DNA of 64,000 bases from NCBI GenBank assembly GCA_002269645.1, contig NIVC01000542.1:186001-250000 (forward strand). Direction: 5' to 3'. The notes under the pieces were generated by a model, which worked only from the letters and a program-made list of their open reading frames with translations, was not told where the DNA came from and searched no databases. Source of the DNA: Macrostomum lignano (Eukaryota). Of the stretch, positions 45,501 through 57,000 are shown one piece after another; the stretch's first letter is position 1, and every line of letters starts with the position of its first letter. The translations under genes were made by a program, and so were the position numbers.

Positions 45501-47677
45501 ACTCACGGACATGGGGAATCCAGGTAGGCAATGGGACTCACGGACATGGGGAATCCAGATGGGCAATGGGACTCACGGACATGAGGATTCCAGGTGGGCA
45601 ATGGGACTCACGGACATGAGGATTCCAGGTGGGCAATGGGACTCACGGACATGGGGAATCCAGATGGGCAATGGGACTCACGGACATGGGGAATCCAGAT
45701 GGGCAATGGGACTCACGGACATGGGGAATCCAGATGGGCGATGGGACTCACGGACATGGGGAATCCAGATGGGCAATGGGACTTACGGACATGGGGAATC
45801 CAGATGGGCAATGGGACTCACGGACATGAGGATTCCAGGTGGGCAATGGGACTCACGGACATGAGGATTCCAAGTGGTCAATGGGACTCAGGAATGAGTC
45901 CATGTGGAGAATGGGACCCAGAGGAATGAGTCCATGTGGAGAATGGGACTCAGAGGAATGAGTCCATATGGAGAATGGGACTCAGAGGAATGAGTCCATA
46001 TGGAGAATGGGACTCAGAGGAATGAGTCCATATGGAGAATGGGACTCAGAGGAATGAGTCCATGTGGAGAATGGGACTCAGAGGAATGAGTCCATATGGA
46101 GAATGGGACTCAGAGGAATGAGTCCATGTGGAGAATTGGACTTGAGGAATGAGTCCATGTGGAGAATGGGACTCAGATGAGCAAAGCCCTGTCGCTTCCT
46201 CACCCCTGGTGATGCAGGTGAAGTAGTCCGTGCTCTCGTCAGCCACCACCTCGCCCCGAGCTTTCCGCTTGTCCGGGTGGTGCTTCAACACCATGCGACG
46301 GTCTGGAAATTCGGAGACGCTGCTCTGCATTGCGTTGTCATCAGCAAGTCCCTCTCAGTCTAATTCTCCAGTTGATCATACATAGGGCGTAGAATTCATA
46401 TTCTTCATATTCTTAGTGTCGCAACGAACGTCTCCACTGCTCTTAATTCGCTACCTTATCTATGTTGCTTGACCTCTTTGTAAGCTAAATGTCCCCAAAA
46501 GTGAGATCCGCGTCACATTCCTTACTTGCAAGGCGATTTAATATATAAATATATATGCTGCTCAAATCTACTGATTCTTCCATGCTACTGACCCTTTCCA
46601 TACTACTGACCCTATCCATACTACTGACCCTTTCCATACTACTGACCCTTTCCATACTACTGGCCCTTTCCATACTACTGGCCCTTTCCATACTACTGAC
46701 CCTTTCCATACTACTGGCCCTATCCATACTACTGGCCCTTTCCATGCTACTGACCCTTTCCATACTACTGGCCCTATCCATACTACTGGCCCTTTCCATG
46801 CTACTGACCCTTTCCATACTACTGACCCTTTCTCTACTACTGGCCCTTTCCATACTACTGACCCTTTCCATACTACTGGCCCTATCCATACTACTGGCCC
46901 TATCCATACTACTGGCCCTATCCATACTACTGGCCCTTTCCATGCTACTGACCCTTTCCATACTACTGGCCCTTTCCATACTACTGGCCCTTTCTCTACT
47001 ACTGACCCTTTCCATACTACTGGCCCTTTCCATACTACTGGCCCTTTCCATACTACTGGCCCTTTCCATACTACTGGCCCTTTCTCTACTACTGGCCCAT
47101 TCCATACTACTGACCCTTTCCATACTACTGGCCCTATCCATACTACTGGCCCTATCCATTCTACTGACCCTTTCCATACTACTGGCCCTTTCCATACTAC
47201 TGGCCCTTTCCATACTACTGGCCCTATCCATTCTACTGACCCTTTCCATACTACTGGCCCTATCCATACTACTGAAACTTTCCATACTACTAACCCTTCC
47301 TATACTGCTGGTCCGTTTCAAAACCGGCAATTATTTCATGCTGGTGACCCCACCAAGTTCCGTGCGTACTCAAACTCTGAGCCAGACTTACAGGCCGTCT
47401 TGATATCCCTGTCCGTGGCCTGCCAGCGCATAGTTTTGATTCCCAGCACAGCGTAGTGGTCCTGGTTCTTCCACTCCTTAGGGTCCAGGCTGCGCAGGAA
47501 CAGCAGCTCGCGCTCCTCGTCAGCTGGCGACACAGCCGCCTCGGCGGCCTCGATCTCGGCGTCATCGACAATGGGCTCGTCATCTGGCAGCAGCAGCGGA
47601 TAACCGGCCAGCTGCCGCAGTTGCCAAACGTCGTGGAAGTGAATGTAGGGCACCACCGACTGCGGCTGGGAAACCAT
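42587..47677 (-). CDS. DNAJC2: DnaJ homolog subfamily C member 2 (zuotin/MPP11): J domain, zuotin/RAC region, two SANT domains. Exons 47677-47392, 46302-46204, 45217-44751, 44664-44199 (alt. 44160), 44065-43813, 42881-42587; about 621 aa
   Basis: [16 protein letters not shown]; [12 protein letters not shown]; [21 protein letters not shown]; SANT1 [20 protein letters not shown]; SANT2 [17 protein letters not shown]...[18 protein letters not shown]. All junction phases are compatible. Confidence 0.95.
42925..43765. repeat. Intronic minisatellite, 23 bp unit ACTGACACACCAGCTGCAAGTGT
   Basis: Tandem array in the last DNAJC2 intron. Confidence 0.96.
45265..45890. repeat. Intronic minisatellite, 35 bp unit GGACTCACGGACATGGGGAATCCAGATGGGCAATG
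   Basis: Tandem array in DNAJC2 intron 2. Confidence 0.95.
45885..46180. repeat. Intronic minisatellite, 32 bp unit GGACTCAGAGGAATGAGTCCATGTGGAGAATG
   Basis: Abuts the 35-bp array; contains a 7-bp inverted repeat GGACTCA/TGAGTCC. Confidence 0.94.
46575..47310. repeat. Intronic minisatellite, 18 bp unit TACTACTG(A/G)CCCTTTCCA
   Basis: Tandem array in DNAJC2 intron 1; a unit length divisible by 3 explains the ORFs on both strands. Confidence 0.95.
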
Positions 47678-47681
47678 GTGG

Positions 47682-48083
47682 CTGCTGCGGGGTCAGGATT
47701 GCGGACTCAAACTAAACCTGCTGATTTGGGGTCAAGGCGGACTCAAACTAAACCTGCTGATTTGGGGTCAAGGCGGACTCAAACTAAACCTGCTGATTTG
47801 GGGTCAAGGCGGACTCAAACTAAACCTGCTGATTTGGGGTCAAGGCGGACTCAAACTAAACCTGCTGATTTGGGGTCAGGGCGGACTCAAACTAAACCTG
47901 CTGATTTGGGGTCAGGGCGGACTCACACTAAACCTGCTGATTTGGGGTCAAGGCGGACTCACACTAAACCTGCTGATTTGGGGTCAGGGCGGACTCAAAC
48001 TAAACCTGCTGATTTGGGGTCAGGGCGGACTCACACTAAACCTGCTGATTTGGGGTCAGGGCGGACTCACACTAAACCTGCTG
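47682..48083. repeat. Tandem repeat immediately 5' of the DNAJC2 ATG, 36 bp unit, 11 units bounded by CAGCAG (minus strand)
   Basis: CTGCTG recurs at 47682, 47718 ... 48078 in exact 36-bp register. Confidence 0.95.
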
Positions 48084-48667
48084 CCTAGGGCTCCTTAAAA
48101 GAACTCTAATAGAATTAAAGATCAACCAAGAAGTGCCAACAAGTCAGCGGGGAGCCAAGGCTACAAACAGCTCTATATTTGGAAACAGGAGCGGTGCTAT
48201 GTACACAGCAGCAGCAAATCTTCAGTCTGGCCAACAGCGTGAATGAAAAACACAAAAGCAAAAAGCCAAGCAGCGCTGCTCAACAGAAGCTCAAAAGAAA
48301 AGCAAAAAAAACTGGGAAATCCGACAAAAAAAGAGAATAAATTTAATCAAACTTAGATAAAAGGAGGTCTCATGTGATTTTAGAAAATAAATTAGTGACG
48401 GCACAAGCAGGCCGCGGCATCCTACCGTACGGCAGTGAAAGAGACCGCTTTAAGCATTGAGATAAAAGCCGGGCATCCGCTTAGCAGCATACGGTAGCGA
48501 GACTATAAGCAAAAATATTCGCGCGGCAGGAGAGCCAGGAATAACAAACTGACGGCGATATGCATTTCAAATATTGATTTATGAAAATAACACGTGCTGA
48601 ACAGCCAATCGCAAAGTTAGTAAAGTACACAGCGTTTCGGCTAGTCTGGCTTTCTGCCATGTACTGT

Positions 48668-50716
48668 CTGTGATCTGAGCTGCTGTAAACTGATTTCTGT
48701 GATCTGAGCTGCTGTAAACTGATTTCTGTGATCTGAGCTGCTGTAAACTGATTCCTGTATAATCTGAGCTGCTGTAAACTGATTCCTGTATAATCTGAGC
48801 TGCTGTAAACTGATTCCTGTGAACTGAGCTGCTGTAAACTGATTCCTGTGAACTGAGCTGCTGTAAACTGATTCCTGTGAACTGAGCTGCTGTAAACTGA
48901 TTTCTGTGATCTGAGCTGCTGTAAACTGATTCCTGTGATCTGAGCTGCTGTAAACTGATTCCTGTGAACTGAGCTGCTGTAAACTGATTTCTGTGATCTG
49001 AGCTGCTGTAAACTGATTCCTGTATAATCTGAGCTGCTGTAAACTGATTCCTGTATAATCTGAGCTGCTGTAAACTGATTCCTGTATAATCTGAGCTGCT
49101 GTAAACTGATTCCTGTATAATCTGAGCTGCTGTAAACTGATTCCTGTATAATCTGAGCTGCTGTAAACTGATTCCTGTATAATCTGAGCTGCTGTAAACT
49201 GATTTCTGTATAATCTGAGCTGCTGTAAACTGATTCCTGTATAATCTGAGCTGCTGTAAACTGATTCCTGTATAATCTGAGCTGCTGTAAACTGATTCCT
49301 GTATAACCTGAGCTGCTGTAAACTGATTCCTGTAACCTGAGCTGCTGTAAACTGATTCCTGTGATCTGAGCTGCTGTAAACTGATTCCTGTGATCTGAGC
49401 TGCTGTAAACTGATTCCTGTAACCTGAGCTGCTGTAAACTGATTCCTGTAATCTGAGCTGCTGTAAACTGATTCCTGTGATCTGAGCTGCTGTAAACTGA
49501 TTCCTGTAACCTGAGCTGCTGTGAACTGATTCCTGTGAACTGAGCTGCTGTAAACTGATTCCTGTAACCTGAGCTGCTGTAAACTGATTCCTGTAACCTG
49601 AGCTGCTGTAAACTGATTCCTGTGATCTGAGCTGCTGTAAACTGATTTCTGTGATCTGAGCTGCTGTAAACTGATTCCTGTGTGATCTGAGCTGCTGTAA
49701 ACTGATTCCTGTGTGATCTGAGCTGCTGTAAACTGATTCCTGTATAATCTGAGCTGCTGTAAACTGATTCCTGTATAATCTGAGCTGCTGTAAACTGATT
49801 CCTGTGAACTGAGCTGCTGTAAACTGATTCCTGTGATCTGAGCTGCTGTAAACTGATTCCTGTATAATCTGAGCTGTTGTAAACTGATTCCTGTATAATC
49901 TGAGCTGCTGTAAACTGATTCCTGTGAACTGAGCTGCTGTAAACTGATTCCTGTATAATCTGAGCTGCTGTAAACTGATTCCTGTGATCTGAGCTGCTGT
50001 AAACTGATTCCTGTATAATCTGAGCTGCTGTAAACTGATTCCTGTATAATCTGAGCTGCTGTAAACTGATTCCTGTGATCTGAGCTGCTGTAAACTGATT
50101 TCTGTGATCTGAGCTGCTGTAAACTGATTCCTGTGATCTGAGCTGCTGTAAACTGATTCCTGTATAATCTGAGCTGCTGTAAACTGATTCCTGTATAATC
50201 TGAGCTGCTGTAAACTGATTCCTGTATAATCTGAGCTGCTGTAAACTGATTCCTGTGAACTGAGCTGCTGTAAACTGATTCCTGTATAATCTGAGCTGCT
50301 GTAAACTGATTCCTGTGATCTGAGCTGCTGTAAACTGATTCCTGTGATCTGAGCTGCTGTAAACTGATTCCTGTGATCTGAGCTGCTGTAAACTGATTCC
50401 TGTGAACTGAGCTGCTGTAAACTGATTCCTGTATAATCTGAGCTGCTGTAAACTGATTCCTGTGATCTGAGCTGCTGTAAACTGATTCCTGTGTAACCTG
50501 AACTGCTGTAAACTGATTCCTGTGAACTGAGCTGCTGTAAACTGATTCCTGTGATCTGAGCTGCTGTAAACTGATTCCTGTGAACTGAGCTGCTGTAAAC
50601 TGATTCCTGTATAATCTGAGCTGCTGTAAACTGATTCCTGTGATCTGAGCTGCTGTAAACTGATTCCTGTGTAACCTGAACTGCTGTAAACTGATTCCTG
50701 TGAACTGAGCTGCTGT
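48668..50716. repeat. Intergenic minisatellite, 29-31 bp unit CTGAGCTGCTGTAAACTGATTCCTGT(GAT/ATAAT/GAA)
   Basis: Tandem array. Confidence 0.96.
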
Positions 50717-51091
50717 TAGCTTAGTGCAATCTAAAAACTGTAAAATTATATTGGGTAATTTTAATTACGCATCTAATAAGCATCCCGTTTACATAATGCA
50801 TTATACGCAATGTACAAAAATATTTTCAAAAAAACAAAACAAAAAACAGGTTGATCGAATTGCTAAAGAAGAAGATTGTATTCCGAATTGATGCATGTTT
50901 TAACATGTAAAATGCAGGCCTTGCTGCACATTAAGAGGTAAGAATTAGCGAGATAGCCAAATCCAGGTGAATCTGCAGCAGCCAGGAGCCGCGCAGGGGA
51001 GGCCTTGGTTCGATTCCAAGAATCAGCTGCTATTTCCGGGCGGCTGCTGGCCGCAATCTACCCGTATTGCACAGTTGAGCACTGCAGCTGC

Positions 51092-54000
51092 TCAGAGTAT
51101 GAGCTCGGCACTGGAGTGCCCGTTGTCAGCTGAGTGCTGTCCAGCCCGGGAGAAGCCCGCGTGCACCATGACGGGCTGCTGATGATGCAGGCGGGACCGC
51201 CCGACAAGACGGCCGACTGAAAAAGTGGAATTCACGCTGAGCGAGTTCAGCGCCTTGGCGCTTTCCGAGAGCAGCGCGCCACCAGAGGCTGAGGATGCCT
51301 CCCTGCAAAGTTGCGATTAAGCAAAGTAAGTGAATGAGTGAGCCAGTGGGTGAGTGAGCCAGTGGGTGAGTGAGCCAGTGGGTGAGTGAGTGAGCGGGTG
51401 AGTCAGTGAGAGTCGGTGAATAAGAGTCAGTGAGAGTTAATGAATAAGAGTCAGTGAGAGTTGGTGAATAAGAGTCAGTGAGAGTTGGTGAATAAGAGTC
51501 AGTGAGAGTTGGTGAATAAGGATCAGTGAGAGTTGGTGAATAAGAGTCCGTGAGAGTTGGTAAATAAGAGTCAGTGAGAGTTGGTGAATAAGAGTCAGTG
51601 AGAGTTGGTGAATAAGAGTCAGTGAGAGTTGGTGAATAAGAGTCAGTGAGAGTTGGTGAATAAGAGTCAGTGAGAGTTGGTGAATAAGAGTCAGTGAGAG
51701 TTGGTGAATAAGGGTCAGTGAGAGTTGGTGAATAAGAGTCCGTGGGTCAGTAGTGAGCAAATCCGTGGGTCAGTAGTGAGCAAATCCGTGGGTCAGTAGT
51801 GAGCAAATCCGTGGGTCAGTAGTGAGCAAATCCGTGGGTCAGTAGTGAGCAAATCCGTGGGTCAGTAGTGAGCAAATCCGTGGGTCAGTAATGAGCAAAT
51901 CCGTGGGTCAGTAGTGAGCAAATCCGTGGGTCAATAGTGAGCAAATCCGTGGGTCAGTAGTGAGCAAATCCGTGGGTCAGTAGTGAGCAAATCCGTGGGT
52001 CAGTAGTGAGCAAATCCGTGGGTCAGTAGTGAGCAAATCCGTGGGTCAGTAGTGAGCAAATCCGTGGGTCAGTAGTGAGCAAATCCGTGGGTCAGTAGTG
52101 AGCAAATCCGTGGGTCAGTAGTGAGCAAATCCGTGGGTCAGTAGTGAGCAAATCCGTGGGTCAGTAGTGAGCAAATCCGTGGGTCAGTAGTGAGCAAATC
52201 CGTGGGTCAGTCACCTCGCCCGGTCACCGCTGGCGTGTCTGCCGAGTCCGCGCATGTTCAGGTGGTCTCCGCTGCTGCGCAGAGCCTCTAGCGGCTGCTG
52301 CGGCGGCGCCTCCTCCAGACAGGGGGTGACGCATTCCGGCGAGTTCAGCAGCACCTCCAGCGCCTCCTCCACGCTCGGCCGGTCCTTGGGCTCGAACTGC
52401 CAGCAGCGGCCGACCAGAGCGCGCAGCTCCGGCGTGGCGTCGGCGGGGAAGGCGGTGAAGAGGGTGAGGCCGCGGCTCACTTGACTGATGACCTGCTGCT
52501 GGCTGAGGTGCTGGAAGGGGAACTTGCCGAAGGTGACAATCTCGTACAGCACAACAGCGTAGGACCACATGTCGCTGTTCACGGTGAAGTACATGTACTG
52601 GATGGACTCGGGCGGCATCCAGCGCACTGGCACGAGCTTGTTGTTCTGCACCCGATAGTACTCCTTGATGTAGCGCGCGAGCCCAAAGTCGCCCACCTTC
52701 ACCTGCGGAAGGCAAAGGTTGGCACAGATACTCAGATACAAGTCTGTTTGTTTGCTGGTAGACCCACGGCCAACCACAGGTCCAGCAGTCATGCCCACTC
52801 CGATGACACAGGGTGAACAGCAGTCCTAACTCTCTCATCGTGAGGCACTGTGCATTGGGGGTCGGCTCTAGTAATGCGGCCGGGTTACCGCTGGGCTACT
52901 CTGCCTGAGGAGCTCAGCCTAATGTGCCACTTGCTGACAGCATACGGCCTGGAAGTGCAAGCCTCTCATTCACTTCAGCTGCAGACCTTCATTGCAGACC
53001 TCAAGACAAAGACTCCCTGATATTCAAGCATATGCTCACTGCTGAGCAGCTCACCTGGAACCGGTCATTGATCATGCAGTTCCTGAGCGCCAGGTCCCGG
53101 TGCACCATATGCCTGTTGTGTAGGTAGTCAATGCCGCGGGCGATGTCGATGGCGTACTGGGTGAGGGCGGCCGGGCAGGTCTCCGGGGAGGTCTTCGTCA
53201 GCGCCTGGGTGCGCCGGGCCATCAGGAAGGACTTGAGGTCGCCGTGGAGGCACATCTCCATCACGATGTAGAAGGGCTGCTCGGCGGTGCACACGCCCAG
53301 CAGCTGCACGATGTTGTCGTGGTGGAACTGCGACAGCGTAGCGGCCTCCTCCAAGAACTGCATGATGGCCTCCTGCTTCAAGTCGTCGTTCATCACCTTG
53401 ACGGCGCAGGAGGTCCAGCCGCTGCGGACGCTGGAAACCAGGAGGTTGACTTCGCCGCCGTAGACTGTGCCGAAGCAGCCCTTGCCCATCTTGCGGTTGA
53501 GCACCACCTGGGCGAGCGGGTTGGTTCGCTAATCAGTTCGGTCACGGATACGTATGCAGACAGTCGCAGGGCCCGCGTCTGCCCTGACTTTCTCTTCACG
53601 AGGCATGGATACACCATGCCAGTGCCTTCAGGTTTGACCTCGATGCTTTTGAATATTTGAATAGTACGAAGAGTTGCCAGTTTGAGGTGCCCGGGTTTTG
53701 GGTGCCTTGAGGTGTCCGGGTTTTGAGAGTCTAAGTGTCCGCATATCCAGGATTCATGTGTCTTGAGGAGTCCGGGATTCAGGTGCCTGCACTGAGGCGT
53801 CCAGGTTTGGGTGTCTTGAGGTGTCCGTGTTACGGGGTGTCTTGAGGTGTCCGTGTTACGGGGTGTCTTGAGGAGTCCGGGTTTCGGGTGCATTTAGGTG
53901 TCCGCCTGTCCGGGATTCAGGTGTCTTGAGGAGTCCGGGTTTTGGGTGTATTTAGGTGTCCGCCTGTCCGGGATTCAGGTGTCTTGAGGTGTCCGGGTTT

Positions 54001-57000
54001 CGGGTGTATTGTCCGCCTGTCCAGGATTCAGGTGTCTTTAAGGAGTCTGGGTTTCGGGTATCCGCACTGAGGTGTCCTAGTTGTGAGGTGTCTGGGTTTC
54101 GGCTGTCCACATGGGGTTCGGGCATCAAAAACCACTACTGGGACTACAATGCCTAAAAGCAAAACGGCCAAGACTCAAATCCTCCCCACCTGTTGTTTTG
54201 GGATCTCGACCTCGGCCAGGCGGTCGCGCAGTTGCTGATAGGGCTGCGTCTGCTTAGCCTCCTCGCGACTCTGATAGAAGCGCAGCAGGCCGACAAAGAC
54301 GGAGAGCAGGACGGCCAGGCAGAGCAGGAAGATGCTAGAGATGAGTGCGACAATGGTCTGGGGGCAGGTAAGATCGCGGTAGAAGACTCGCATGAAGGCC
54401 GTGGTGCAGTTGTCCTCGATGGCGAAGCGCTTGGGGAAATTTCCGTCCACCGTGTCAAAGGAGCCCTTCGTTTTCTGATGCGAATCGCTGATCCTCACAT
54501 CGATGCGGGAGCCTGTCTGCTGCCACTTGAACTCGGCCAAGAAGTCACTGGTGACGATGTTCCCCTGCCCCAGCGGCACCTTCATCTTGTCAGGGATTGG
54601 CACTTTGCCTTTGCCGATGGTGTTCGCGGTGCCAAAGAAGTCCTGGGCCCTTGGCGACAAGTCCATGTCGAATCGGCGCACAAGGACCTGCATAGACAAA
54701 CAAGTGCATTGCGTTGCAGGTGACCGGGTGGGGTTTCTCGGCTGCAGGTGCCCAGGTAGGAGTGTCCGAGTGGAGGTGGTGTGTCCACGTAGCAGCTTCG
54801 GTGTTACGGGTACCTGGGGTGGAAATGGCTTTCGGGTGTCCGGGTTGCGGGTGTCCGGGTGGGTTGGAGTTGGGTGTCCGGGTGTGTCGGGGTTGAGTGT
54901 CCGGGTGGGTCAGGGTTGGGTGTCCGGGTGGGTCGGGGTTGGGTGTCCGGGTGTGTCGGGGTTGAGTGTCCGGGTGGGTCAGGGTTGGGTGTCCGGGTGG
55001 GTCGGGGTTGGGTGTCCGGGTGGGTCGGGGTTGGGTGTCCGGGTGGGGGGCCGTAGCCTAGCGGTAGCGTAGCTGCTCTGGTGTGCCAGCGACCCAGGCT
55101 CGATTCCAAGTGCAGTCACATTAATTTGGGGCTGAATTGGAATCTCGGCTTGGCTCTGCTCGTGCAATTAACGGCCTTGAGAGCCAACCCCCAAGGCGCA
55201 GTGAAGTGTACATGCCTAACGATAATATAAAGTTAGGGCTGCTGTACACTCCTGTGTGAGTGTGTGCCTGCGTACGTATCCGCGCGCTTGCATGCCTGCT
55301 CAGGGGAGGGAGTCGGCGGAATGGGCAGTAATGCCTCTCGCCGGTTGTGTGCCTATGTCGCTTAAAGTGCGCCAGGGTGCACACAACCCCCCTGCCTCTA
55401 AAAAAAATGGGTGTCCGGGTGTGTCGGGGTTGGGTGTTCCAGTTGCCGAAGTCCAGGTCATGGGTTGGGTGTCCGGGTTGCGCATCTAGGTTGCAGCAGC
55501 GGGTGACAGACAGTGAAGAGTTGCGGGCAGCTCGCATGCATGCGCAGCTCGAATTACCATCATGAGGCCCCTATCAATGCCGTGGCTGCGGCTGAGGTGC
55601 AAGTCGTCAAAGCTGCTGTTCTCCAGAGCCTCCTTGTACATCGTGGCCACCCGCGGGCTGTTGAGATGGTAGGCGGCCGAAGGGTCGAGCATCAGCACCC
55701 GGGACAGAGCGTGCGCCATGAGCTGCACCGCCTGGGTGGTGTACACTCCGTAATAGAAGGAATCGTACTTGCTCGGCGGTCGCGAGCTCTTGCCCACAAA
55801 CTGCAGTTCCGGCCTGGGTTTCACGTGGTTCTGCACAACAACATGGCCATTGGCCACCTTTTTAATCTGCTCTGCGGTGCAGCCGTCGGGGTTCTCCTCC
55901 AGCAGCGCGGTGGTGTTGTGGCAAACCACCCTGCTGTTGACGAACACGCCCAGGGCTCTGTTGGCCAGGATGAACAGGTAGTTCTGTCGCTGGTACATCT
56001 CCAGCTTGTAGGCGGAGCACAGGTACAGGCAGGTGCCCCGCTTCAGGTAGTCCATGGCAAACACCTGCGATTTGGGGAGGCTGAGGCAGGTAAATAGTCT
56101 GAATCCGCAGCACGGACAGTCGCTTCAATGAGTCTCATATGTGGAACTTGGAGAACAAACTCAATTTTGTTTGGCGGTTTAATTTATGACTCTCTTTTTT
56201 AGTCTAAAAGTTGTTGTACATGCACTTTTGCACTCTGGCATCAGTGAAGCTCAACCTGACCCCCCTATATCTCATGTATGCTCTGCTAGAGCCTTTTTAG
56301 CCAATCAGCATTCACCCCTTAATGTGAATGCTTTGACTCGCATCTCATTTAGCTGGATGGCCCTCCAGAATTCTGATAAAAGAAAAAGCTTAGCTAATTT
56401 AGTTAGAATTTGATTTTCAACTGGTTTCATAAATTATGAAAAAACCGGCCTTTAAAAACACTTCACCAAGCTCAGGGATACAGAGGGACGGAGGTCGGAA
56501 GAGGCAATTTCAAGGAATTGCTTCCCAGTGCAGTGGGTAAATAGAGGGGCGGCAACTTGAATAACCCCCAAACACTGCACCTGGCACTTCTTCTTCTTGG
56601 CAGCCTCCAGAATTTTCTTGGTGTGGTCGAGCGTCAGCGACTCCTCCTCGACGACCTCCTCGAAGCAGACGCTCAGGCCGCCGTCCTTCTCAAATTCGTC
56701 GCGGCGCAGGAAGAGTTTCCCGCTGGACAGCAGCGCCACGTCCGGCCAGTTCTCGCTGCGCAGGTACTCGGCCACAGTCTTGGAGTAGGCGGCCAGGCTG
56801 GGCACAGTGCGGAAGAAGTAGGGGTAGGCGTCCACGTCGCTGTACACCGCCGACTCCACGGTGGGCGACACGACCACGGTGCGGCTGTGGCTGCTGAGCT
56901 CGGCAATGGGGCCTACAGTCTCTGAGCAGGTGCCGGCGATCATGCCGACCAGCGGCCGGGCTGGGCTAGAGGAGCACGTGACCTGCGGGGCGGGTTGACA

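Noticed and set aside
46485-47403. Bidirectional ORFs (SSMERV)n and (LLTLSI)n
   Set aside because: An 18-bp array inside a canonical DNAJC2 intron; the DNAJC2 frame hits a stop at 47336 before reaching it.
48431-48454. Minus-strand similarity (TAAAGCGGTCTCTTTCACTGC) to my recollection of a flatworm spliced-leader sequence
   Set aside because: The match is partial and gapped, has no ATG|GT leader end or Sm site, and my recall of the SL sequence is unverified.
48668-50716. CRISPR-like look of the constant 26-bp core with short variable ends (also considered for other arrays)
   Set aside because: The variable parts are 3-5 nt recurring variants rather than unique spacers; there are no cas genes and the context is eukaryotic.
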